32,000 nt of DNA. Origin: Synechocystis sp. PCC 6803 substr. PCC-P (GTDB lineage: Bacteria > Cyanobacteriota > Cyanobacteriia > Cyanobacteriales > Microcystaceae). Where the stretch lies: positions 3,120,001 to 3,152,000 of the forward strand of contig NC_017039.1 of NCBI RefSeq assembly GCF_000284455.1, in the 5' to 3' direction. Positions 18,135 through 26,802 of this stretch are shown here, one piece after another. Each line of letters opens with the position of its first letter. The first letter of the stretch is position 1. The position numbers and the translations under genes are program-made. A model generated the notes under the pieces. That model had not been told where the DNA came from. It saw only the letters and a program-made list of their open reading frames with translations, and ran no database searches.

Positions 18135-18506
18135 ATGGCAACTTGGTATTGCATGCAGGGATGTGGCGCTTGTTGTAATCTCACCCCAGAAGACCGGCCG
18201 GAGTTGGCCGAGTATCTCGCCCCGGAGGAGTTAACCCTCTACCACAGCCTAGTGGGGGCAGACGGTTGGTGCGTTAATTACAACCACGGCGATCGCCTCT
18301 GCCAGATTTACGAAGATAGGCCCAGTTTTTGCCGGGTGAAACCAGATAACTTTGCCCGGATGTTTGGCATTGCTCCGGCGGAGTTCGACGAATTTGCTAG
18401 CCATTGCTGTGAAGAACAGATTGAAGGAGTTTATGGCCCCCGGAGTGGGGAATTAAAAAGCTATCGCCAGGGATTACCGAAGTTTGAGGTAGATAGCCAT
18501 TTTTAA
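18135..18506 (+). CDS. YkgJ-family (CxxCxxCC) Cys-cluster, putative Fe-S/zinc-binding protein
   Basis: 123 aa, ATG 18135 with GAAGGAGA upstream. The N-terminal motif is [12 protein letters not shown], and further Cys residues follow ([20 protein letters not shown]), as is typical of the family. Confidence 0.75.
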
Positions 18507-18540
18507 GCTATTTTTAACTGTTCTCGATGATTTCGGCTGG

Positions 18541-20703
18541 TTAAACGGGGTCTAACAACTCAAAGAAGCGGTAATGGGCCAGACCGTCCAGAATACCGGC
18601 GGCGTAACGTTTTTCGGAAAAATAAATCGGTTCGATCTCCCCTAGATTAGAAAGTTCCTCATGGTGACGGTTAGCCACGACGACGGAAAGGGTGTTACCC
18701 CGCATCATATCTTCGTCGGCTCCCGATCCTCCGGCGGTGAAAACGTGCTCCAGGGGAATATTCCACTGTTGGCTCAACCAACGCACAGCATAGCCTTTGG
18801 AAGCTCGGATGGGCAGAATATCCAAAAATTGACCAAAGGAAATGATGGTATTTACGGTTTGTTCCCCTTTATGCAACAGTTGCCGAATTTCTTCTAGGTT
18901 AGGGGCGATCGCCGCATCGTAGAAATAGCTAATTTTATAGGCGCTCAGTTCTTCCTTGGGTTGGAGGGCTAAACCGGGTAATTCCCCCAAAATACGCACA
19001 ATGGCGTTACGGTTCCACAAATAATCAATGTGATTGCGCCAACTCTGGTCGGGGATCAAATCCGGGGAAGAATAAATTTCCGTGCCCATGCTGGTGATCA
19101 ACATATCCGGTTGGGGAATGCGATACTCCCGCAAAATTTTCAGCACCGAATCCAATCTTCTCCCAGTGGCAATGCAAAAGCCGACATTTTTTCGATGTTG
19201 ATACAGCACTTCCAGTAATTCGTCCAACGTCTGGCGATCGCCCGGTAATCCCCCCTGTAATGCCCCCAGTAAATTTTGGTCCAAACTAGTAACCAGGGCA
19301 CCGTTATAGTACAAAGTCCGCCGCCGCTTTAAATCACTACGTTTCAGCACTGAAGTCTGTTGGGTCAGAGCGTTGATGGCTTCTAAATAACTTTCAACGT
19401 GGGAAGGCCAAGAATAATGGCGCTTAACTCCCTCTAGACCACTTTCAGAAAGGAATTGCCATTGTTGTTTGTCGTTTAGTACTTTGAGCAATTTATCCGC
19501 AATATCCACTTCATCGAGGGGATTAATTAGATAGCCATTCTGACAATTTTTGATAATATCCACCGGGCCCCCATCCTCCGTGGCCACAATGGGCACACCA
19601 CAGGCCGCCGCTTCAATCAAAGTTAAACCAAAGGGTTCCGTCAAAGCCGGATTGATAAATACTCCCTGGGATAAAGCAGTGAGGCGAAACAAAGCATACA
19701 CATCCTCCGCCTGATTCTGTTTGGGGTAAGCCACTTTGCCGTAGAGATCGTAACGGTCAATGGTCAACAGTAAATCCGTCAGTACTTCCCTCGGCCCCTG
19801 GTCTAGATCCGTGATGTCATCCCGATTGCCCGCCACAATGACCAAATTGGCCTGGGCCTGTAACTGCGGGGACTGGCCATAGGCTGCAATTAATTTATGG
19901 ATATTTTTGCGGGGATCCGGTCGGGACAAAGCGAGGATAATAGGCTTACGGGGATGCCGTAGAAATCGTTGCAACTCTTGAACAATGGGCGTTTCCCACT
20001 CGTTCCCTTTGGGGGGATAAAACTTTTCTAAATCAGTGCCGGGGGGAATAACCAACATCTGGTCTGGCTGGTAATAGTCGTATTGGGCGTACTGTTCTGC
20101 GATTTCCTGATGGGTACTGGTAATCACCCTCGCCGCTGATCCTAGGGTTTCTTCCTCCGCGTTAATCCGGCGGGCCATATTGTAACGGCTTTCAATTTCG
20201 TCGGCTTTAATCCCACTGAGCAGGAGACGGGTGCGCTTACTACGACCCAGGGAATGTCCGGTGTGCACCAAAGGAATACCCAATTGGTGAGAAAGTCTGG
20301 TGCCCACGTAACCCGCATCGGCGTAATGGCTATGGATGACATCGGGCAGTTCGGGCTGTTCTTTGAGATAGTCCAGGGCATGGTCAGCAAAATTATCCAA
20401 ATAGTCCCAGAGCATTTCCTTGGCAATATATTCCTCCGGGCCGCACTCAATGCGAACAATCTGGGCCCGATCGCCAATGAGTTCTCTAGGCTGGGCATAA
20501 TCTGCATCTACTTTGGGATCTTTAATTAAACGGGTCAGCAAATCCACCCTGGCCACCTGGGGATTTTTTACCAAGGCCCGGGCCAGTTCCAGCACATATT
20601 TGGTTTGCCCGCCGGTGTCGGCATCTCTGCCCAACTCAAGGTTTTCTCCCCGAATTAAACCATGGACACTAATTAGTAAAATGTATTTTGATGAATAGCT
20701 CAT
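18541..20703 (-). CDS. sps: Sucrose-phosphate synthase (GT-B glycosyltransferase domain plus C-terminal SPP-like domain)
   Basis: 720 aa, ATG 20703. The N-terminus ILLISVHGLIRGENLELGRDADTGGQTKYVLELARAL is the SPS hallmark. The nucleotide-sugar site is EPFGLTLIEAAACGVPIVAT. The C-terminal ~260 aa form a HAD/SPP-like domain. Confidence 0.92.
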   Translation of the reverse strand: MSYSSKYILLISVHGLIRGENLELGRDADTGGQTKYVLELARALVKNPQVARVDLLTRLIKDPKVDADYAQPRELIGDRAQIVRIECGPEEYIAKEMLWDYLDNFADHALDYLKEQPELPDVIHSHYADAGYVGTRLSHQLGIPLVHTGHSLGRSKRTRLLLSGIKADEIESRYNMARRINAEEETLGSAARVITSTHQEIAEQYAQYDYYQPDQMLVIPPGTDLEKFYPPKGNEWETPIVQELQRFLRHPRKPIILALSRPDPRKNIHKLIAAYGQSPQLQAQANLVIVAGNRDDITDLDQGPREVLTDLLLTIDRYDLYGKVAYPKQNQAEDVYALFRLTALSQGVFINPALTEPFGLTLIEAAACGVPIVATEDGGPVDIIKNCQNGYLINPLDEVDIADKLLKVLNDKQQWQFLSESGLEGVKRHYSWPSHVESYLEAINALTQQTSVLKRSDLKRRRTLYYNGALVTSLDQNLLGALQGGLPGDRQTLDELLEVLYQHRKNVGFCIATGRRLDSVLKILREYRIPQPDMLITSMGTEIYSSPDLIPDQSWRNHIDYLWNRNAIVRILGELPGLALQPKEELSAYKISYFYDAAIAPNLEEIRQLLHKGEQTVNTIISFGQFLDILPIRASKGYAVRWLSQQWNIPLEHVFTAGGSGADEDMMRGNTLSVVVANRHHEELSNLGEIEPIYFSEKRYAAGILDGLAHYRFFELLDPV

Positions 20704-20719
20704 AAGTTTTACAAATTAC

Positions 20720-20725
20720 TATAAT
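20720..20725 (+). promoter_or_regulatory. Perfect TATAAT -10 hexamer in the sps / hypothetical-gene divergent spacer
   Basis: TATAAT on the plus strand, 60 nt upstream of ATG 20785. No experimental support; strand assignment is by position only. Confidence 0.3.
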
Positions 20726-20784
20726 TGCTGTTGAGGAATGTCACAGGGTACCATGGCGACGATTTTAACGCCTGCAATTAATCA

Positions 20785-21399
20785 ATGTTTTCTCCCAGTT
20801 CTGTTAGAATGCCCCCAATCTTCGTCCCAAATGTTCCGATGACCTATGTTAACTGGCAGGCCCTGGCCGCAATCTCTGAGTTACAGCCCTATTTTGCCGA
20901 AGATGTTGCTGGCTTTCAGCAACAAATTGAACAACATTTGCCCGGATTAGCGGCGATCGCCCCTGAAGAATTAGACAACTTAGCAGTTTTGCGGGTACTG
21001 GAAGTCTCTAATGGCTGTTTGCAGTGGGCTTTCCGTCGCCAAGACGAACATTGTTTATCGGTGGAACAAACCAGGGAATGTATGCAAACGGTAATTGGTT
21101 TTATTAAAGTTAAAAAAATTGCCTGTCCCAGTGGCAAAATTATTGCTTTCACCCCGGCGATCGAACAATTAATCGAGCAGACAACCCAGCTTTATCGCCA
21201 AGCTTTCAAACAAAATAATCAAACTGCCAAACAAGAATATTACGCCTATTCCACCGCCCAATTCATTGCCTATGGCGGCGATCGCCTCAACCAAGCCCAA
21301 GATCTAGTGGAACAAGAATTCAGTCCTCTACTTACACCCCATTTTGTCCTGCGGGGGAAAAATTATATTGCGCCCTACCTACAAGCCATTACCCCCTAG
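20785..21399 (+). CDS. Hypothetical protein (no family recognised)
   Basis: 204-aa ORF from ATG 20785, with in-frame alternatives at 20809 and 20839. Amino-acid composition looks normal for a coding region. I recognise no motif. Confidence 0.55.
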   Translation: MFSPSSVRMPPIFVPNVPMTYVNWQALAAISELQPYFAEDVAGFQQQIEQHLPGLAAIAPEELDNLAVLRVLEVSNGCLQWAFRRQDEHCLSVEQTRECMQTVIGFIKVKKIACPSGKIIAFTPAIEQLIEQTTQLYRQAFKQNNQTAKQEYYAYSTAQFIAYGGDRLNQAQDLVEQEFSPLLTPHFVLRGKNYIAPYLQAITP

Positions 21400-21523
21400 G
21401 TAGTTCTCCAGTGTGCACAAGCTTCACCGTGGAGTGAGTATTGCCGGTTCCCAGGCTTACAACCCATTATTTTGAAACAGATTCAGGGTATTCCTCAACT
21501 TCCTTGGCGATCGCTGTCCCAAT

Positions 21524-22009
21524 TCACAGCAGAAGATCGGGGTCGAGCAAAAACACCGTCAACTTTTCCGACTTTTCTTCCACCACCATCACATGGCTGG
21601 CCGATTGGAGAGTGTCATTTTGGCGATAAGAATCGGGCAATTGACGAATTTGTCGGGGCAACACATCCAGCAACGTGGGGGCATTATTAACCAAGAGACA
21701 AAATTCTTCCCCACTCCGATTTTTAGTCAAAATGAAATACTGTTTCGTTGACGTCGTCGGGGGCTGGGGCACCCCAAAAAAGCGGCGATATAGGTCCACC
21801 ATGGTGACAGAACGATTTTCTAAGTTCACCAATCCGGTGGCTGACAGACCACTGCCATGGGCAGGGCCATGGGGCAAAATTTTTACCACTAGGGCAATGG
21901 GTAGGGCCAAGTTAAGTTTTCCCACAGCAAAAAGGAGAAACTTTTCCGGTCGAACCGAGGGCTGACCGACCTGAACAGAGGCATCAACAGAGGAAGAATG
22001 AAGCGCCAT
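21524..22009 (-). CDS. CheW-like domain protein immediately downstream of pixL
   Basis: 161 aa, ATG 22009, 31 nt after the pixL stop. CheW-like pattern: KFLLFAVGKLNLALPIALVVKILP ... GLVNLENRSVTMVDLYRRFFG ... FCLLVNNAPTLLDV ... TVFLLDPDLLL. Confidence 0.65.
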   Translation of the reverse strand: MALHSSSVDASVQVGQPSVRPEKFLLFAVGKLNLALPIALVVKILPHGPAHGSGLSATGLVNLENRSVTMVDLYRRFFGVPQPPTTSTKQYFILTKNRSGEEFCLLVNNAPTLLDVLPRQIRQLPDSYRQNDTLQSASHVMVVEEKSEKLTVFLLDPDLLL

Positions 22010-22040
22010 ATTGGGGAAAAAGGAAAATGATAACTGTTAA

Positions 22041-25000
22041 TTAACTGCTGACCGATAACAGGCCAGTGGCCAGAAGCTCTTGCACTGCTCCGAGGAACTG
22101 TTGCTCAATATAGGGCTTGGTGAAATAGGCGTTGGCCCCCAAGGTCTTGGCTAACTGTCGGTGTTTTTCACTGCCCCGGGAAGTGAGCATGGCCACGGGA
22201 ATTTTGAGTAGATCTGGATTGCGTCGCCGTTGCCCAAGGAACTCAAAGCCATTAAGGTTAGGCATTTCCACATCACAAATAATCAAATCCACCTCCCCGG
22301 CTTGGGCCAGTGTCTTCAGGGCCTCCTGCCCATCCTTAGCCTGCATCACCCGGTAACCAGACCTTTCCAGGGTGAAAGCCAGGGTACGCCGTAGGGCCGC
22401 CGAATCATCCACCACCAAAATCGTTTTGGCCCTCCGCCCTGGAGTGGGAAGAGGTTCCACCCCTCCATCGGCCATGGCCAAATTGTCTGTTCCCTTTTGC
22501 CAGTGCCATTCCAACAGCAACGCCCCATTCACCACCGGGATCAGGGTGCCATCTGCCAGGATAGTAGCCCCATAAAGGTAGGAAGGGGCCGGTAGCAGAG
22601 ACGAAAAGGGTTTAATTACCAATTCCTGTTCCGTCACCAAACGGTTCACTTCCAGAGCGTAATATTGCTGACCGAGCCGCAGTAGCACCAGGGGTAAATG
22701 CCAATTATCTGGTTGGGGTACCGTGGTCAACAACTTACTAGTTTGTTGCTCCGACAAAGGACAGTGATAGGGCAGTAATTGGGTCAAGGAATAAATCGGG
22801 ATAGTCAACTCTTGCCAATGGAGAAAGCGTTGTCCCCCACTGGTTTTGATCTGTGTCGCCGTCGGTACCATCAACTCCGCGACACTATCAGAAGGAATGG
22901 CGATCGCCGTTGGAGCCCCCTGGTTTTGCCCCACCAAACACACCAGCAACTTAGCAATGGTGAGGGTCAGGGGTAACCGCAAGGAAAACACCGTCCCCCG
23001 CCCAGGGCGAGAAGACACCACAATGGTTCCCTTCAGCGCCTGCAACTGTTGCCGCACCACATCCAGCCCCACACCCCGGCCCGACAGCTCGCTCACCTGG
23101 TCCGCCGTAGAAAAGTTGGGCTCAAAAATCAAATTATCAATCTGCTCCGTTGTTAACCGTTGCCCCTGCTCCTCAGTAACCAGACCCCGTTCCACCGCCC
23201 GCCGCAGAATCTTTTCCCGGTTCAGCCCGCCTCCATCATCCCGCATTTCAATGATGGTCTGATTGCCTTGGTGATAGGCATGGACCTCAATGGTCCCCAT
23301 GGCCGGTTTCCCCATGGCCAACCGGGTCCCCTCATCCTCAATACCATGGTCAAATGCATTACGGAGTAGATGGAGCAAGGGGTCATACAGTTTTTCCAAC
23401 GCCAAACGATCCACCAACACCCCCGTGCCATGGAGCTTAATCTGCACCGGCTTATTAAACTTACTAGCCATATCCCTGAGCAGCCGGGGAAAACGTTGCA
23501 AAATTTCCCCCAGGGGCAACATCCGGGCCCACATCAGCTCATCCCGCAGGGAAAATAGCATCTGCTTTTGGGCATCCACTGTTTGATTGGCCGCCCTGGA
23601 AAATAGCACCACATCATCCACGGCCTCCTCCAACTGCATCATTTCTTCCAAAATTTCCTGCAACTGGGCCGATAGGGTGCCATAGGAATCCATTTCCAGG
23701 GCATCGAAGTTATGCTCTAGCCATCCCTGGGACCTTGGCTGGGCCCGCAACATCGCTTCCCCCTCCGGCCGGATTGCCAACTGGTCCGCCAACTGCCTCA
23801 GTTTCAGCGCCATGGTCTGGAAGGTGCCAAAACGTTGCCCCAGGGCTCCCACAGCCGTTTGCAATTGCTGATTTTGTAAAGACAGGCTATTGCGATTAAT
23901 GGCCAATTCCCCCACCCAATTATTCATCCGCTCCAACCGTTGAAAATCCACCCGGATGGAAAGATTAGCTGGATTTTGCTCCCTGGGCATGGCCCGCCGT
24001 TCATGGGTGCGTTCCACGGGAGGAGCCGGAGCTGCCACTGCCTCTACTTCAGCCTGGGGAATGGTCGCTGGGGTCGTTGCTAAGGGGGGCAAGGAATCAA
24101 AGGCTTCCTCTACCGCCTGCACCAGAGATAACGTTTCTAGGGAAGCATCGACAAAATCCACCTCAGCCACGGGAGAAAGGGATTCTTTCCCCAGTTCATC
24201 GGCGGTCAACCCGCCAAAAACATCCTCCAGGGAAGGAGGCGATTCCACCGTTTCAGCCTCTACGGTGGTTTGTTCTAGGATTGGGGACACTTGCTGCTCG
24301 GGCTGAGATTGCCATGACCCAGTCATTGGTGTAGTGGGGGGAGAAGGTTCTTCCTCTAGCTCATCTTCGTCATCACCAAAAAATAGATCCCCCAGGACTC
24401 GAGCCGGAGCCGAAGTTGGTTGGGGCCGGGATTCTGCCGGAGCAGCAAGCCTTTGACCCAGGGCCAAAAGTTCGGTACTTGCTTCCCCTCCCCGTTGGCG
24501 ATCGCCATTTTCCAACACTTGCTGAGTAGCAACTTGCCAGTCTGCCAAAGCCTGATTAGCAATAGTAGAGACTTGTTCTGGGTTGGCTTCCAGGGCCTGA
24601 TGCACCGCCGCACAAATCCCCTGGAACCCTGGCAAATTCAAAATTTCCGCTAGCCCCAGGAAAATTTCCGTTTGACTGGTCAGGGCTTCCCGCAGGGCTT
24701 CCGGGCCCCGTTGCCGAGCTTCTGTCACCGCCGCCATGCCCCCGGCAATGTCCACCTCGAATATGGACGCCACCACATCTACCCCCAAATCAGCAGAGCT
24801 GGGTAGAAACTGTTCCCCCGCTGCCAGATGGACTCCCAACCGTTGCTCTAGATTTAGGATCGGCCCCTGGGCGCTCTGCCAGGCCGTTTCTGGATCATAG
24901 TACCCCTGGTCGATTTGTTGCTCCAAGGGGTTCCGCAGACAGTCAAACCCTTGCAATAACAGGGTTTCCATCGTTTGGTCTAGGACTACCTCTTCGCTAT

Positions 25001-26249
25001 AGAGCGCCTTGAAAATGTCCTCTAGTCGGTGGGCAATATGTTTAATTGTTTCCAACCCCACACTGGCCGCTCCCCCCTTGAGGGAATGGGCCGCCCGCAT
25101 AATGCCATGGACCACCGCCGCTGAGCGGTCTTGACCAATGGTCAACAACCCCGTTTCGATTTCTTGTAGCAGTGTTGGCGCTTCTTCAATGAAAAATCGA
25201 TAGGCCGGTTCTTCTAGATTCACCCGTTCTGGCCCCAGGCTGGGCTGGCGATCGCTAGCGGGAATGTCCCCTTCCCCTGGCTGGAATGTCATCTCCGTCG
25301 GTGTTTCCTCCCATGCCGCAAAGACATTTTCCTCCGCTGTGCTAATGGCCGTAGGAATGTCCCCCAGCTCCGGAAAGTCCATACCCCAAAATTCTTCCCC
25401 CACTTCCCCACCGCCAAACACTTCCTCCAACCCCGCTATGGCGGCTAAATCCCGTTCCCCTTGCCCCCGCACCAATGCCAACAGCGCTTCACTCGGTTCT
25501 CCTCCCCGTTGGCGATCGCCTTTTTCCAGCACCTGGCCACAGCTATGTTGCCAATTTTCCACCGCCACTAATGCTAATTCCCCGACAGATAACCCAGGAT
25601 TATCCAAGCCCTGCGCCACCAGATCTGTAATTTCCTTAAATCCAGGCAAATTGAGAATCTCCGCCAGCCCGGCAAAAATTTCCGTCTGGGCCGCCAGGGT
25701 TCCCCGCAACCTTTCTTCGTCATCCCCAGCCAACGCCTCGCCAATCTCTGCCAACCCTTGGGCAACGTCCACCTCAAACAGGGATGCCACAATGTCCACC
25801 CCCAAGTCAGCAGAGCTGGGCAGAAACTGTTCCCCCGCCGCCAGATGTTCCCCCAACTGCTCCTCAATGGCCGCAATCACCGGCAACCCCTGCACCAAAA
25901 CTTCAGTATGCTCCAACTGCCCCGTTTCAATCTGGGTGGTGAGGGCTTGTTTAAGATAATCGAACCCTTCCAAGAGCATTCCTTCCAACCTGTCATCCAC
26001 CACCACCGCATCGCTATAGAGCGCCTTGAAAATGTCCTCCAGCCGGTGAGCTAATTCTTCAATGGCCGGTAGTTGCACACTGGCCGCCCCGCCCTTAATG
26101 GAATGGGCCGCCCGCATAATGCCATGGATCTGGGCTGGTGTCCTCTCTCCCCGCAACTCCAACAGCCCCATTTCAATCACACTGAGCAATTCCGGTGCTT
26201 CTTCAATGAAAAACTGGTAGGCGTGGTCACGAATGTCGGAGTTGAGCAT
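22041..26249 (-). CDS. pixL: Hybrid CheA-type histidine kinase PixL (TaxAY1): Hpt-Hpt-dimerisation/HATPase-CheW-REC
   Basis: 1402 aa, ATG 26249. Two Hpt sites: MRAAHSIKGGAAS (His49, 26103..26105) and MRAAHSLKGGAAS (His388, 25086..25088). The N box is NAFDHGIE, G1 is DDGGGL and G2 is GRGVGLDVV. A CheW-like segment follows. The C-terminal receiver reads ILVVDDSAALR...DLIICDVEMPNLNG...TSRGSEKH...YFTKP. Confidence 0.92.
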   Translation of the reverse strand: MLNSDIRDHAYQFFIEEAPELLSVIEMGLLELRGERTPAQIHGIMRAAHSIKGGAASVQLPAIEELAHRLEDIFKALYSDAVVVDDRLEGMLLEGFDYLKQALTTQIETGQLEHTEVLVQGLPVIAAIEEQLGEHLAAGEQFLPSSADLGVDIVASLFEVDVAQGLAEIGEALAGDDEERLRGTLAAQTEIFAGLAEILNLPGFKEITDLVAQGLDNPGLSVGELALVAVENWQHSCGQVLEKGDRQRGGEPSEALLALVRGQGERDLAAIAGLEEVFGGGEVGEEFWGMDFPELGDIPTAISTAEENVFAAWEETPTEMTFQPGEGDIPASDRQPSLGPERVNLEEPAYRFFIEEAPTLLQEIETGLLTIGQDRSAAVVHGIMRAAHSLKGGAASVGLETIKHIAHRLEDIFKALYSEEVVLDQTMETLLLQGFDCLRNPLEQQIDQGYYDPETAWQSAQGPILNLEQRLGVHLAAGEQFLPSSADLGVDVVASIFEVDIAGGMAAVTEARQRGPEALREALTSQTEIFLGLAEILNLPGFQGICAAVHQALEANPEQVSTIANQALADWQVATQQVLENGDRQRGGEASTELLALGQRLAAPAESRPQPTSAPARVLGDLFFGDDEDELEEEPSPPTTPMTGSWQSQPEQQVSPILEQTTVEAETVESPPSLEDVFGGLTADELGKESLSPVAEVDFVDASLETLSLVQAVEEAFDSLPPLATTPATIPQAEVEAVAAPAPPVERTHERRAMPREQNPANLSIRVDFQRLERMNNWVGELAINRNSLSLQNQQLQTAVGALGQRFGTFQTMALKLRQLADQLAIRPEGEAMLRAQPRSQGWLEHNFDALEMDSYGTLSAQLQEILEEMMQLEEAVDDVVLFSRAANQTVDAQKQMLFSLRDELMWARMLPLGEILQRFPRLLRDMASKFNKPVQIKLHGTGVLVDRLALEKLYDPLLHLLRNAFDHGIEDEGTRLAMGKPAMGTIEVHAYHQGNQTIIEMRDDGGGLNREKILRRAVERGLVTEEQGQRLTTEQIDNLIFEPNFSTADQVSELSGRGVGLDVVRQQLQALKGTIVVSSRPGRGTVFSLRLPLTLTIAKLLVCLVGQNQGAPTAIAIPSDSVAELMVPTATQIKTSGGQRFLHWQELTIPIYSLTQLLPYHCPLSEQQTSKLLTTVPQPDNWHLPLVLLRLGQQYYALEVNRLVTEQELVIKPFSSLLPAPSYLYGATILADGTLIPVVNGALLLEWHWQKGTDNLAMADGGVEPLPTPGRRAKTILVVDDSAALRRTLAFTLERSGYRVMQAKDGQEALKTLAQAGEVDLIICDVEMPNLNGFEFLGQRRRNPDLLKIPVAMLTSRGSEKHRQLAKTLGANAYFTKPYIEQQFLGAVQELLATGLLSVSS
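24420..26249 (-). repeat. Intragenic tandem duplication inside pixL (two ~270-codon Hpt-containing modules, register offset 1017/1014 nt)
   Basis: An identical 29-mer, tcgctatagagcgccttgaaaatgtcctc, occurs at 24994..25022 and 26011..26039. A near-identical stretch, cagcagagctggg(t/c)agaaactgttcccccgc(t/c)gccagatg, starts at 24791 and 25808. The protein modules are over 50 percent identical by eye. Confidence 0.85.
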
Positions 26250-26265
26250 GGGGGCAAAGGGGAAA

Positions 26266-26757
26266 TTAAGGGTTAGATAGGAGGGTTTCAGCTAGTTGGT
26301 GCCAATATTGCTGGTTTGTTTCCAATTGTTGGTGATGGCCATTCAGTTGCTGGTTGCTTTCCCTGATACTGCCGGTCAATTCCCTCGCCTGGGACTGGAT
26401 CGTCACAATTAAAGCCTCCATGGCCGCCGTTGCTTCCGCCGATTGGGCCGCTAAACTCCGCACTTCGTCTGCAATTACCGAAAAGCCCCGGCCCTCCTCC
26501 CCAGCCCGGGCCGCTTCAATGGACGCCTTCAGGGCCAACAGATGGGTCTGGGCCGCAAATTGTCGAATCAAATTAATTGCTTTGGCAATTTCCTGGGTGG
26601 AACTATCCAACTTTTCCAGTTGTTCCCCCGTGGTGGCCATGGTAGCCCTCACACTACGCATGGTTTGCAGACTCTCCGCTTGTCCCTGGCTAATTTGCCC
26701 AGACAGCATGGCCGTCTGGTCCTTGGGGGGTTGGTATTCGCTTGCAATGGTGGACAT
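26266..26757 (-). CDS. pixJ2: Short MCP signalling-domain-only protein PixJ2 (TaxD'1)
   Basis: 163 aa, ATG 26757. It contains only the conserved MCP hairpin-tip region, [41 protein letters not shown]. There is no TM segment, HAMP or sensor domain. Confidence 0.85.
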   Translation of the reverse strand: MSTIASEYQPPKDQTAMLSGQISQGQAESLQTMRSVRATMATTGEQLEKLDSSTQEIAKAINLIRQFAAQTHLLALKASIEAARAGEEGRGFSVIADEVRSLAAQSAEATAAMEALIVTIQSQARELTGSIRESNQQLNGHHQQLETNQQYWHQLAETLLSNP

Positions 26758-26802
26758 ATTGATTGAATGTCGGTTATGGGTTTAGTTATACATTTGGTCA
26801 GA

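Noticed and set aside
17993-18184. N-terminal 64-codon extension of the psb30 frame
   Set aside because: An internal ATG with a strong AGGAGA RBS gives the full-length known 39-aa protein. The extension would also overlap the divergent YkgJ-type gene start.
20752-20841. 29-codon ORF starting at ATG 20752, overlapping the start of the 204-aa hypothetical gene in another frame
   Set aside because: It is very short, has no RBS and no recognisable peptide features, and is most likely a chance ORF in the 5' UTR.
21441-21965. Plus-strand ORFs 21441..21629, 21472..21690 and 21675..21965
   Set aside because: They are antisense to, or overlap, the CheW-like gene. No motifs are present. A weak hairpin at about 21408..21436 (CTCCA..TGGAG) has no U-run, so I do not call it a terminator.
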